A stretch of 64,000 nucleotides of DNA from a virus. The notes beneath the pieces were generated by a model. It searched no databases. It was not told the origin of the DNA and saw nothing but the letters and a program-made list of their open reading frames with translations. A program made the translations under genes and the position numbers. Shown here piece by piece: positions 1-9,793 of the stretch. The stretch spans positions 24,912-88,911 of IMG/VR virus record IMGVR_UViG_3300009182_000039, one strand, 5' to 3'. The first letter of the stretch is position 1. Each line of letters begins with the position of its first letter.

Positions 1-803
1 ACAATAATGGTGTACCTGTTGGCAAGAAAGATGTTTTAGATTTAATGGAAGCTGGTAAGATTCAAGTAAGTCAATTATATACAACTTGGTTAGCAGATCG
101 CTATTCTCGTACAATGAATGTTATCGACATGCCATTTTTGTTTAAAGATCATGATCATGCTGCTCGTGTATTCGACGGTGCTATCGGTGAAGAGCTTTTA
201 GGCAAACTAGAGTCCGAAGGCGGCGACAAGATCAAAGCATTAGCATTTACATACAGTGGTGGTTTCAGAACTATCCCTGCTACTAAGTCTATTGCTAGTG
301 TAGAAGATTTTAAAGGCGTTAAATTCCGTGTTAGTAGCGGTCCAGTTATCAAAGATACATTTGATGCGTTGGGTGCTGAAACTACATTCTTCCCAGTTGA
401 AGAATTAACAGAGCGTACATTGTCTGGCGAAGTAGAAGCCGGCGAATGTACATATACTCGTTACTATCCATTAAACCAAGACAAAGCGATGTCGTTTATT
501 AATGATATGGAACACAACATTTCTTGTACCAGTATCATTGTTAATCGCGAATTTTGGAATACTTTAACTGAAGAGCAACAAGCCGCTATGAAGGCTGCTG
601 GTGTAGCCAGTGCTAAGATTGAGCGTGTTGAAAGTGTTGAAGATGCTGTTCGTATTGAAGCAGAATGCCGCGAAAATGGTGTTACCATTACTAAGTGGGA
701 CGATACAGAAGTTGCTAAATTTAAAGCAATGATGACTCCAATCTATGACAAGTATACTACATACTTCTCGGATGATTTGGTTAATCGCATTAAAAATGCT
801 TAA
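1..803 (+). CDS. dctP: TRAP transporter substrate-binding protein (DctP family), 5'-truncated by the window edge
   Basis: DMPFLFKDHDHAARVFDG, GGFR, EDFKGVKFRV motifs; the reading frame is open from the window start to the listed ATG at 45. Confidence 0.85.
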   Translation, partial: NNGVPVGKKDVLDLMEAGKIQVSQLYTTWLADRYSRTMNVIDMPFLFKDHDHAARVFDGAIGEELLGKLESEGGDKIKALAFTYSGGFRTIPATKSIASVEDFKGVKFRVSSGPVIKDTFDALGAETTFFPVEELTERTLSGEVEAGECTYTRYYPLNQDKAMSFINDMEHNISCTSIIVNREFWNTLTEEQQAAMKAAGVASAKIERVESVEDAVRIEAECRENGVTITKWDDTEVAKFKAMMTPIYDKYTTYFSDDLVNRIKNA

Positions 804-821
804 TTAACAAGTATTGAAATC

Positions 822-849
822 AAAGGACTCTTCGGAGTCCTTTTTTTTT
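822..849 (+). terminator. Rho-independent terminator
   Basis: AAAGGACTC-TTCG-GAGTCCTTT hairpin (cUUCGg loop) followed by a T run. Confidence 0.9.
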
Positions 850-901
850 GGTGAGCAATTTGTATGCTAAGTATTGAACTTATATAAAGAAAAACAGCAC
901 A

Positions 902-1780
902 ATGAAAAAAATATTATTAATATTAACATTACTCGTCGGCAATGCGTGGGCATCAACAGATACAACGACTATTACGGTAGGCTACGGGCCCGGTGGTACC
1001 GACACTATCATTCGAACACTAGCGGGCGATGCTGAGGCCTATACTGATTTTAAATTTACAGTAGAAAATAAAGTAGGTGCGAATGGTGTTATCGCATTAA
1101 AATATTATTTTGCTCTGCCAGTTGGCAATAAGAATGCGTTAGGAATATCAGGCGGGCAAGTACTATTTGAAGCTATTGCTAATCCTGAAAATAATTTTAT
1201 TCAACGATTAAAATTTGTTGGCCCGGTGTTGTCTAGTCCATTAGCAATTGGTGTTAGTAGCAAGAGTCAATTTAAAACCTTAGACAAATTGTTTAATAAA
1301 AATATACCACGCCAGCGTATTAATATTGGAGTGGCCGGCGAATCACATAATATGTTAGTCGAACAACTAAAAAAATATAGTCATCACGATATACAAGCTA
1401 TACGATTTAAGGGTAGTACCGAATCGTACACCGCATTATTAGGAGGCCATATAGATATGCAATCAGATGCTTATGGCTTTTTTAAACAAAAAGAAGGCGC
1501 TGTTCGTATTTTAGGTGTAGCCGATGCTGATTCTATTGACGGAGTGCCTAGTTTACACAAATATGCGCCTACCGCAAATTTAGTTAATTTTTTTGCTGTT
1601 GCGGTAAATCGAGATACCCCGGATAATCGTAATCTAGCAGATGCGTTGACTGTTGGATTTGTAAAAGCAAATAGATACGAATATTTTAAAAATCTAGGAT
1701 ATAATGTTGATATGAATCGCAAATCTGACTATGTAGAGCGAGTAGTAGTCCCAACTTATAAAAAATGGGCGACTAAATAG
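902..1780 (+). CDS. Bug/TctC tripartite tricarboxylate transporter substrate-binding protein
   Basis: Signal peptide (MKKILLIL..AWA); GPGGTDTIIR, VENKVGANG, FKGS..ALLGGHID motifs. Confidence 0.8.
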   Translation: MKKILLILTLLVGNAWASTDTTTITVGYGPGGTDTIIRTLAGDAEAYTDFKFTVENKVGANGVIALKYYFALPVGNKNALGISGGQVLFEAIANPENNFIQRLKFVGPVLSSPLAIGVSSKSQFKTLDKLFNKNIPRQRINIGVAGESHNMLVEQLKKYSHHDIQAIRFKGSTESYTALLGGHIDMQSDAYGFFKQKEGAVRILGVADADSIDGVPSLHKYAPTANLVNFFAVAVNRDTPDNRNLADALTVGFVKANRYEYFKNLGYNVDMNRKSDYVERVVVPTYKKWATK

Positions 1781-1784
1781 CTGC

Positions 1785-2849
1785 ATGCGAATCATCGACT
1801 GCGACAGTCATTTTTTAACTTGTGATATTTACAAAAATATTGAAGAACAATATCAACAGTTTCTTCCTAGATATGTTTTTGACTCACACAATCGTGTAAT
1901 CGATATACAATTTGATCAAGACCCTTGTGCCTTCGAGGACCCTACTAACAAATTTAATAATTATTGTGACGAAGCTGGAATTAACAATATTGATATAAGA
2001 TTAAACGATTTTAAAAAATTAAAAATAGATTTACAACTACTTGCTCCGCAAGAAAGAGCAATGCGATTTAATTACTCTGTAGAAAAAAATCTTGCGGCAG
2101 CAATGGCTCATAGTTATAATATAGAAATTAAAAAAATTGTTGATCAATATCCTGATAAATTTTTTGCTGTAGCTTTAGTGCCTTTACAAGATATAGAGCT
2201 TGCTCTTAAAGAAATAAAATGGATTATTTCTAACAATTTTAAAGCCATCTATATAGATTGTGTTTCATATAACCCAGCACAATTTGCCGGATGTCCAATA
2301 TCAAATCAAGAAAGAATAGATGAAATTTTTGCTATATGCGAAGAAAAAGAATTAATAATATATCAGCATCATTTTATGCATAAAATTACATCCAATGGCA
2401 ACAATACTATTAATGATGTATTAAACGGAAACCCAATTAGCAGAGTTAGAATATCTATCTACGATTGGATAACAAATGGTACTTTTGATAGGTTTCCTAA
2501 ACTTCGGGTAATATTCAGCGAAACTGCTGAAAAATTTATAAAACCTATATTTGAAAATTTAAAAAGTGCGTATAACGAAACTAAACTAATCTGTAAAGAA
2601 GATCCAATAGTATACTTTAAAAAAAACATATTCATTACTATAGAAGTAGAAAATAAAGACAATGTTTACTACTTAATAAACCAATTTGGCAGCGACCGTT
2701 TACTATTTAATACTGATTATCCGCACGTTGACCCAGCAGGGTCAAATAAATGGAACGATGTCGACGATTTATATAAATTAGAATTATCGCAAAAAGATTT
2801 AGAAAATATCGCATTTCGCAATGCTGAAAAGCTATTTAAACTAATATAA
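1785..2849 (+). CDS. Amidohydrolase_2 family metal-dependent hydrolase/decarboxylase
   Basis: IIDCDSH at the N-terminus, FDRFPKLRVIFSE, DRLLFNTDYPH, NAEKLF at the C-terminus. Confidence 0.85.
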   Translation: MRIIDCDSHFLTCDIYKNIEEQYQQFLPRYVFDSHNRVIDIQFDQDPCAFEDPTNKFNNYCDEAGINNIDIRLNDFKKLKIDLQLLAPQERAMRFNYSVEKNLAAAMAHSYNIEIKKIVDQYPDKFFAVALVPLQDIELALKEIKWIISNNFKAIYIDCVSYNPAQFAGCPISNQERIDEIFAICEEKELIIYQHHFMHKITSNGNNTINDVLNGNPISRVRISIYDWITNGTFDRFPKLRVIFSETAEKFIKPIFENLKSAYNETKLICKEDPIVYFKKNIFITIEVENKDNVYYLINQFGSDRLLFNTDYPHVDPAGSNKWNDVDDLYKLELSQKDLENIAFRNAEKLFKLI

Positions 2850-2852
2850 ATA
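2845..2852 (+). promoter_or_regulatory. T4-like late promoter motif TATAAATA
   Basis: Exact TATAAATA upstream of the ORF at 2896. Confidence 0.5.
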
Positions 2853-2895
2853 ATAACCGCTTCTTCGATAAATAGATTATAAGGAGCAGCACAAT

Positions 2896-3201
2896 ATGCT
2901 ACTAACATTCACATTAACAACAACTAAACCAGACGGTGTATTATGGTTTCCCGATTTTTCTGAAGAGAATCGGCAGATTGTTACTCGTATTAATACCTGG
3001 ACTAGTTTGCAACCAGGATTTATTAGACAAACTACCGTAGATATAGATGTAAATACCAGAGTTATGACTTTTGAATTTGATTCTGTAGAAAATTATGCTA
3101 ATTGGTTTTCATTAAGAAATCAACTACCGGAGCAAAGTATTCGATTTGCGTATATTAGAGCTAATGGCATGACCGTTACAACAAACGAAACTTTATCATA
3201 A
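2896..3201 (+). CDS. Hypothetical protein, possibly a dimeric alpha-beta barrel (ABM-like)
   Basis: Strong SD (AAGGAG); QPGFI...FDSVENYANW pattern reminiscent of ABM barrels. Confidence 0.5.
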   Translation: MLLTFTLTTTKPDGVLWFPDFSEENRQIVTRINTWTSLQPGFIRQTTVDIDVNTRVMTFEFDSVENYANWFSLRNQLPEQSIRFAYIRANGMTVTTNETLS

Positions 3202-3309
3202 ATTAACCTAGTTCTTTTAATTTTTAGTATAGCACTATACTAGGATATATACTTGTCTCAAAGATGAATAACTTCAAAATTTTTTGAGCAACTACACTAG
3301 GGTACTAAT

Positions 3310-4452
3310 ATGGATGCATTTGACAATTTTCCGCAAGGATATTGGTTAGTCAACAATCAAAAATTTATCAATAAGTACGAAGCATTACTTTATGCCACAA
3401 AACAAAATTTACCGGTACATTATAAATTTTTTAACGAGGTATGGGAATCGTTTGATAGATCGCAACTAGGAAATTTTAGTTTACAAGAAGTATATAAACA
3501 ACGAGCACAACAATTAAGAGACAAATACGATTATTTAATTTTATATTTTTCTGGCGGAGCAGATAGTTATAATGTGTTGCGCTCGTTTATCGATAATGGA
3601 ATTAAATTAGACGAAATATGCGTTAAGTGGTGTAATGATACATTAACAGCAAATTCAGTAATTTATAAACCAAATACAACAGAAAAATCAGCTCGTAACT
3701 ATTTGAGCGAATGGGATTACGCTATTAAGCCTGTACTCGATGATATTTCTAAAACTTATCCAGAAATTAAAATAGAAATAGTTGATTGGTTTAAAGATAG
3801 AAGTTTAATCGGTAGTGAAGAAATTTTTAAAATAGTTAATCACTGGCACGATGTTGAAGTTCCATCATTAGCTACTTGGTCTCCATCGGAATTAAAATTA
3901 ATTGACCAAGGTAAGCGAGTTGGTTCAATATATGGTATTGATAAACCTCAAATTTATTTTGAAGATGATGGGTCAGCTTATATGTTTTTTCTCGATTCTG
4001 CTACAACTATGGGTACTCCAAATCCATGTAATGTATACGGTACTGAATATTTTTACTGGGCGCCAAGTTTTCCGTTAATTACTTTTGAAACTGCTAGTGC
4101 GGCTATTGCTGCATTTAGAACTGACACTATTTTAAAATCTGCTGTGTTTGATAAAGAAGTTAAAACTAATTTAAGAAAATTTGTTGAACGAATACAAATA
4201 CAACAAAAAAATTTAAGAAGTGTACTGTATGATAATTGGACTAATCGATTTCAAGCATCAAAACCACTAGCTCTCAATCGTTCCGATAAACACTTTTGGA
4301 TTTACAGAAGTCCAGAATTAAAGAATTTTAAAAATAGTTACCAGGATATGATAAAGTTGCATACTAGCCAACTGAGACCCGATATGATTTATACTGGGCT
4401 TACTACAACTATGTATAAATTTATAGCATCTAAAAAATTTTTTATATCATGA
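3310..4452 (+). CDS. PP-loop (adenine nucleotide alpha-hydrolase) ATPase, paralog 1
   Basis: LYFSGGADS motif. Confidence 0.65.
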   Translation: MDAFDNFPQGYWLVNNQKFINKYEALLYATKQNLPVHYKFFNEVWESFDRSQLGNFSLQEVYKQRAQQLRDKYDYLILYFSGGADSYNVLRSFIDNGIKLDEICVKWCNDTLTANSVIYKPNTTEKSARNYLSEWDYAIKPVLDDISKTYPEIKIEIVDWFKDRSLIGSEEIFKIVNHWHDVEVPSLATWSPSELKLIDQGKRVGSIYGIDKPQIYFEDDGSAYMFFLDSATTMGTPNPCNVYGTEYFYWAPSFPLITFETASAAIAAFRTDTILKSAVFDKEVKTNLRKFVERIQIQQKNLRSVLYDNWTNRFQASKPLALNRSDKHFWIYRSPELKNFKNSYQDMIKLHTSQLRPDMIYTGLTTTMYKFIASKKFFIS

Positions 4453-5354
4453 CACCACAAGAATTATTAAAATTAAAAAGTCTTCCGTATGGTAGCATTC
4501 ACGCAATTTCTGATCCTTATATGGAAGCAGAAGTTAATAAAATTATTACCAAAGTTACACGAGACGGATGCTTGAATAACCCTACTATACACACTAAATT
4601 TTTAAATAGATTCTACGACTGGATTTTAGAAACAAAGAACAACACAATTACAGGATTAGAAAACTTTACTGCTAAAGTAATTACTAACGGATCAACAGAA
4701 GCATTCGATAAGTTTTATTTAAAAAATAAAACTCGTAGACTACGCTATTTTAAAGGCGAGTATATGTATCATGCCGCCGCTAGTAAAAGTTATTTTGAAT
4801 TAGCACCGCATATAGACGATGCGCCAATAGATTCCAACGATGTTATAGTAATAAGTTTACCATTTGCCGACACAGGCGGCGAGCATACAAGAATGAATGA
4901 AATATTAACTACTTGTAGCAAGTTGGATGTGCCTGTATTAATAGATTGCTGTTATTACGGTGCGTGTGCCAACTTAACTATGAATTTTAATTATAGTTGT
5001 ATTACTGATATTACCTTTAGTCTAGCAAAAAGTTTTCCTGTAGGTTTTATGCGAGTGGGCATGCGTTTAACTCGAGAAGATAACAATGATCCATTATTTG
5101 TTTATAATAAGAATAACTATGTTAATCGTATTGCAGCCGCGGTAGGATTAGAATTGCTAAATGTGTATAGTCCTGATTATAACTACAATGCCTATCAGTA
5201 TGTACAAAAATATTTTTGTAAAGAGTTAGGAGTTGAGCCTTCTAAATGTGTATTTTTTGCTACGAGTAAAGACAAATTTCCAGAATATAATCGCGGAACA
5301 GATTCAAATCGGTTGTGCTTTTCAAAATACTTGTATCAGCAAAAACTGCCGTAA
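4449..5354 (+). CDS. PLP-dependent fold-type I enzyme (aminotransferase class I/II-like)
   Basis: NGSTEAF, LIDCCY, FSLAKSF...RVG (PLP lysine motif); ATGA overlap with the upstream gene. Confidence 0.7.
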   Translation: MTPQELLKLKSLPYGSIHAISDPYMEAEVNKIITKVTRDGCLNNPTIHTKFLNRFYDWILETKNNTITGLENFTAKVITNGSTEAFDKFYLKNKTRRLRYFKGEYMYHAAASKSYFELAPHIDDAPIDSNDVIVISLPFADTGGEHTRMNEILTTCSKLDVPVLIDCCYYGACANLTMNFNYSCITDITFSLAKSFPVGFMRVGMRLTREDNNDPLFVYNKNNYVNRIAAAVGLELLNVYSPDYNYNAYQYVQKYFCKELGVEPSKCVFFATSKDKFPEYNRGTDSNRLCFSKYLYQQKLP

Positions 5355-5356
5355 AT

Positions 5357-6040
5357 TTATTTTTGTTTAGCATCATCTAAGTATTTTTCCCACAGTGGTA
5401 ACAAACAGTTGTCGTATGATTTTTTAACTCCGATTTCATCTAACCATTTGTATACTTCAGGTGTATTTGAATGTTCTTTAATCGTGACTGCCGTTTCGTT
5501 GGCCGGTAGCACATCAATAACAGCAGTATATATATTTGTAATACTATTATTTTGCGCCCAGTGAGGAATATATCCGTTAGTGTCATATACAACACCATCT
5601 TCAAAAATATACTGATCATCATCAAAGTACAAATAAGGAGTACTGTCGTGTATTATTGGCAGAACAATCCTACGGCAATATTTAAATATGTTATATGGGC
5701 CATCTGTATGTCTATGAACTTTATGCCCTGGCGGTAATCTTATGATGCAAGCCCGTACAGTAGAACCATTAATTATTTTTTCTACCTGATTTAATAAATT
5801 TACCCAACTGTTTTTAAATTCTTCATTTTCGCATATATTAATATTATTAATAGTATGTAGAAAATTGTCAAGAGTTTCGGTATGATTTTGTAGCCACAAA
5901 CTATGACAATCGCTAAAATTTTTATTGACTTTACGCCTGGAATCTTGAGCCCATACCATTTCAGGTAGTTCTAATAATGGTTTTTTAATATCAGTAACAT
6001 TAAGTTTTCCTAATATCTGAACTTTCCCGTCAAGATACAT
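5357..6040 (-). CDS. Asp/Asn beta-hydroxylase-like 2OG-Fe(II) oxygenase
   Basis: LPPGHKVHRHTD...PHWAQN (HxD...H). Confidence 0.75.
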   Translation of the reverse strand: MYLDGKVQILGKLNVTDIKKPLLELPEMVWAQDSRRKVNKNFSDCHSLWLQNHTETLDNFLHTINNINICENEEFKNSWVNLLNQVEKIINGSTVRACIIRLPPGHKVHRHTDGPYNIFKYCRRIVLPIIHDSTPYLYFDDDQYIFEDGVVYDTNGYIPHWAQNNSITNIYTAVIDVLPANETAVTIKEHSNTPEVYKWLDEIGVKKSYDNCLLPLWEKYLDDAKQK

Positions 6041-7477
6041 TTAATACTCCATAGCTTTATCGTAATATTTACTAATCATTATATCTGTTAAATTTTGTTC
6101 TTTTCTTATTTTGTGTATTTTTTTGTAAGTAGAATTTAAAATAACATCGCGAGTAAACCCTAGATTTTTTAAAGACGAATAATTCCACACGCTTGGAATT
6201 CTGATTGATCTTGTTTGTTTACGATTATTTTCGCACCAAGCGTGAGCCTGTCTTTCTGTTACAAAATCTGTTTCCCAATCTGGTCCATTAAATCTGTAAC
6301 CATATTTTTCTGGTTCTTTTTCAAATTCGCTTAACCCTAATGTAGGCGCTATATACAATTTATTATAATGCCAGTCGTGTACTTTAGATTGTATTAACCA
6401 ATCGTTGGATTCTTCCCAATCTTGTTCTGTTTCTTTACCTAATCCAGCAATCATAGAAACATTAACAATAACATCATCTCCCCATGTTTCGCCAATGTAT
6501 GTTAAAAACTTTTTGTTATTCTTAGCTCCCCATCCCTTGCCAATCATAGTACACGAAAGCGGATCAAATGATTCAATTCCAAAATGACAACTAGACAATC
6601 CAGACTCAGGCAATATTTCAAGTTGCTCCGGCCATATACTTAATAAATCCATTCTAACATACCCAATAAATTCTATTTTAAACGGTAACTCTTTAGTCAT
6701 AGCATAGAATTGTTTAGTTCTTTCCCTGTGCGAGTTTAATGTATCATCTGTGATGTGATAAGCTGTGGTTCCAAATTTTTCGTAGTTAGATATAAGAGAA
6801 TCTCTAATGTTCGACATATCTTTGTTAAAATCATCTTTGTCTTTTCCAATATGTGGATACTGACAGAACTTACATTTAAAAATACAACCCCGACTAAATT
6901 CTAAAGGTAAAGATTCGCCTGGCAAAATAAAATCATTTTCAGCAAATGTCATATTACATGATTGAATATTGTATAAAGTAGTGGCGTTATAAATTTTGTT
7001 AAGTCCTGGTCCTAGCGTAAAAACAGGAGCTAGTGTGCCTTTAAAAATATAATTACAATATTCTAAAAAAGAATGTTCTGCTTCGCCATCAAATATCCCA
7101 TCTAATTTAAAATTAATTTTTTTATACCCCCCAGACATAAATCCCCTTACCCATTGGCCTCCGGCAACTATTTTAACCCAGGGAAAGTTATCCTTGATTT
7201 CATTAAGAATATCAAATATTGGTTGTTCACCTTTTGTCATTTGTTGCGGACTTTCTAGCATACAAAATGGAGAATATCCTATTACTTTTGTTTCGTGCGT
7301 TATAAACTTTTTAAACAATGTTAATCTTTGTTCACTAGTCATAAAATATAAGAACTCTAGTACTTGTGTTGAAAATCCATGTTGCCGTAGCCACCACGCA
7401 ATTTGGTATGGCCCTAAATATCTTACTTGTCGACCAGGGTCTGTATTAGTTGTTAGTATTACTACTTGCATTAGCAA
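6041..7477 (-). CDS. Cobalamin-binding-type (class B-like) radical SAM protein
   Basis: SRGCIFKCKFC (CxxxCxxC); N-terminal VAGG...GEAE B12-domain pattern; HFGIES. Confidence 0.85.
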   Translation of the reverse strand: MLMQVVILTTNTDPGRQVRYLGPYQIAWWLRQHGFSTQVLEFLYFMTSEQRLTLFKKFITHETKVIGYSPFCMLESPQQMTKGEQPIFDILNEIKDNFPWVKIVAGGQWVRGFMSGGYKKINFKLDGIFDGEAEHSFLEYCNYIFKGTLAPVFTLGPGLNKIYNATTLYNIQSCNMTFAENDFILPGESLPLEFSRGCIFKCKFCQYPHIGKDKDDFNKDMSNIRDSLISNYEKFGTTAYHITDDTLNSHRERTKQFYAMTKELPFKIEFIGYVRMDLLSIWPEQLEILPESGLSSCHFGIESFDPLSCTMIGKGWGAKNNKKFLTYIGETWGDDVIVNVSMIAGLGKETEQDWEESNDWLIQSKVHDWHYNKLYIAPTLGLSEFEKEPEKYGYRFNGPDWETDFVTERQAHAWCENNRKQTRSIRIPSVWNYSSLKNLGFTRDVILNSTYKKIHKIRKEQNLTDIMISKYYDKAMEY

Positions 7478-8057
7478 TTAATCCTTGTTGGTCCAAATCT
7501 GACACTAAATTATTATAAGATGTAAAATCAGCCGGACCACCTAACAATGTAGTTGTTGGTGTTTTACTAAATGCAGCAAGAGTTAATACATACCTATTTT
7601 TTTTACTATAGTTAATTGCCATATGTGGAATTTGAGCATTTAACAGATAAAAAGTCTGCGGTTCGTATTTTAAACGACTAAATCGCTGATAGGTAAATTG
7701 AGTAATATCCAAATTAATTTCTTTAGGATATTCATGAGCAAAAAGTGTTAGATAGTCATCGTCATCTGTTAATAACAAATTAAATGACCACATTCTCCAC
7801 GCATCTCGATGCCAGTTATATTGATGTTCTGACTCTATTAAAAATATTTTAGCCCCTAAATTATATTTTTTCATTAAATCGTAAATAGGTTCTCCCTTAA
7901 AATAATCTGCTGTCAAATTATGTCTAAGAAAAGTTCTATTACTATCATATAGCTTAACATCTACATGTTGGTAATTGTAATTTAAGTGATCCGTAAAAAT
8001 TGGATGATCTTTCGGAAGTGTGATATTTAATTTTTCAAAACAACTATTGTTATTCAT
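7446..8057 (-). CDS. 2OG-Fe(II)/cupin-fold oxygenase-like protein
   Basis: WHRD...PHMAIN...RYVLTL. Confidence 0.6.
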   Translation of the reverse strand: MNNNSCFEKLNITLPKDHPIFTDHLNYNYQHVDVKLYDSNRTFLRHNLTADYFKGEPIYDLMKKYNLGAKIFLIESEHQYNWHRDAWRMWSFNLLLTDDDDYLTLFAHEYPKEINLDITQFTYQRFSRLKYEPQTFYLLNAQIPHMAINYSKKNRYVLTLAAFSKTPTTTLLGGPADFTSYNNLVSDLDQQGLIANASSNTNN

Positions 8058-8818
8058 AGTTTATACACAGAGGTAGGGGTGGCTTCTGCTAATCGCTTAT
8101 CTGTTTCAGCAGTCCGTAACCCAGTAATCGTTAAATTAGGTCTAGGTTTAGTACTAACATTGGCTGTACTATGCGGTACATTTAATGTATCAAAAATGTG
8201 TACATCGCCGGCGTGCCATTGATTGTGAAATAAATTGCCGTATGTTACATATTGGCCTGGTTCAAAATCATCTAAATTTACAATAATACGAACAATGCGT
8301 GATGGATCTCCTGGATTTCTATGCCATAGTTTATCGACGTGAACAGCAAAAAATTGACCGGGCCATTGTACATGAGCGCGGTAACTTACATTTTCTAAAC
8401 ACCAATAATCCACAATCTTTTTAATACTGGAAAACTGATCTAAATAATCTTCTAATACAACATTAGTGTATTCAATGTCCTTAAGACCGCGAACTTCTCT
8501 ATCGTGTTCTTCTTGACTAATCATCGGGCTAACACCACCCTTAAATCCTGGACGATTGCCTGACTTAGTAATGGCCGCCCAATCCAGTTCTTTAGATTTT
8601 TCTATAATTTTAGCAACATCAGCAGGATCTATACCTTCAAAATTTCCTAATAAATGAAACCAATCGCCAATTTGTTCTTCTTTAAATTTATCAAAATGAT
8701 AATTACTCAAAGTTTTACTATAATCCCAGGAGCTTTTAAATTTGGCACCATCTTGGTGATTAAAGTCTGCTGGTAGTTGTTTAAATTTAGTTCTATTAGC
8801 ATATTGATTGATGTCCAT
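8054..8818 (-). CDS. 2OG-Fe(II) oxygenase-like protein
   Basis: QWPGQFFAVHVD...PHSTAN...RPNL. Confidence 0.7.
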   Translation of the reverse strand: MDINQYANRTKFKQLPADFNHQDGAKFKSSWDYSKTLSNYHFDKFKEEQIGDWFHLLGNFEGIDPADVAKIIEKSKELDWAAITKSGNRPGFKGGVSPMISQEEHDREVRGLKDIEYTNVVLEDYLDQFSSIKKIVDYWCLENVSYRAHVQWPGQFFAVHVDKLWHRNPGDPSRIVRIIVNLDDFEPGQYVTYGNLFHNQWHAGDVHIFDTLNVPHSTANVSTKPRPNLTITGLRTAETDKRLAEATPTSVYKL

Positions 8819-8823
8819 AATAC

Positions 8824-8831
8824 TATTTATA
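8824..8831 (-). promoter_or_regulatory. Late promoter TATAAATA, 5 nt before the ATG at 8818
   Basis: Exact motif on the minus strand. Confidence 0.65.
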
Positions 8832-8834
8832 CTC

Positions 8835-9758
8835 TTAATTTTTAATCTTAGCTAATTTTTGTTTACTAGCATTCACAGCTTCGATAAACGGCTGTGCGCC
8901 TGGAGTAGCTTTGATTGTAAAATCTTTTACAAATTCTTCTTGAACTTGTTTGTTACTGAGGTAATTGTTTAAATATTCGCCCCAAAATCTTACAGCAGAA
9001 GGATCTGTGTTTTTGTGTACAACAATACCAAACCCATCATATTCTTTCCACTTAGGAAATTTAGATTCTATTGTTGGAGCATTATATTCAGGAAGTTTAG
9101 CTCTTGTAGTAGCCAACAATCTAAGTTTACCAGCATCTACATGACCTTTCACTAAGGTAAAAGGAACTTGTGCTACATCAACTGTGCCGCTTAATAAATC
9201 GTTGATCACTGGACCGCCTCCCTTATAAGGAACTAATAAAGGTTTGTTTTTAGATTTAGCAAATACAAACAACTGTTCCAACAACATAAGTTGGCCTGGC
9301 GCACCGTAACCAAATTTTATATCGTCACCACGAGCTAATCCTTTAGTGAGATCGTCTATGGACATAATAGATGTTTTTGGATTAGTTACAAAAGCACCTA
9401 TACTGTCGCGGATGCCGCCGATTACTTGTACTTGTTCATTAGGATATTGTAGCGTATAGTTAGCTACTACTCCTACTGTAGTAACTGTAATAGTGTATCC
9501 GTCTGCGGATGCTGTTTGTAATTCGCGCATACTTACAATCCCGTCTGCTCCAGGTTTGTACACAGCAACTAATTCAATTCCTCTATCTATAGAATATTTT
9601 TGTAAATTTCTAAAAGTCATGTCTACACCACCACCTGGCGCAAACGGAATAATAACTGTAACTGGTTTTTTGTTAGGATAAAATCCAGCGGCATTTCCTG
9701 AAATAGAAACTGCCATAGCCAAAATAAACGCCAAGGTAAATCGATTTAAAAAATTCAT
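8835..9758 (-). CDS. Bug/TctC substrate-binding protein, second copy
   Basis: Signal peptide; YPNKKPVTVIIPFAPGGGVD, KPGADG, VPYKGGGPVINDLLSG, AGKLRLLA. Confidence 0.9.
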   Translation of the reverse strand: MNFLNRFTLAFILAMAVSISGNAAGFYPNKKPVTVIIPFAPGGGVDMTFRNLQKYSIDRGIELVAVYKPGADGIVSMRELQTASADGYTITVTTVGVVANYTLQYPNEQVQVIGGIRDSIGAFVTNPKTSIMSIDDLTKGLARGDDIKFGYGAPGQLMLLEQLFVFAKSKNKPLLVPYKGGGPVINDLLSGTVDVAQVPFTLVKGHVDAGKLRLLATTRAKLPEYNAPTIESKFPKWKEYDGFGIVVHKNTDPSAVRFWGEYLNNYLSNKQVQEEFVKDFTIKATPGAQPFIEAVNASKQKLAKIKN

Positions 9759-9793
9759 AATTTCTCCGAATAATAATTTATAATACAGTTTTT

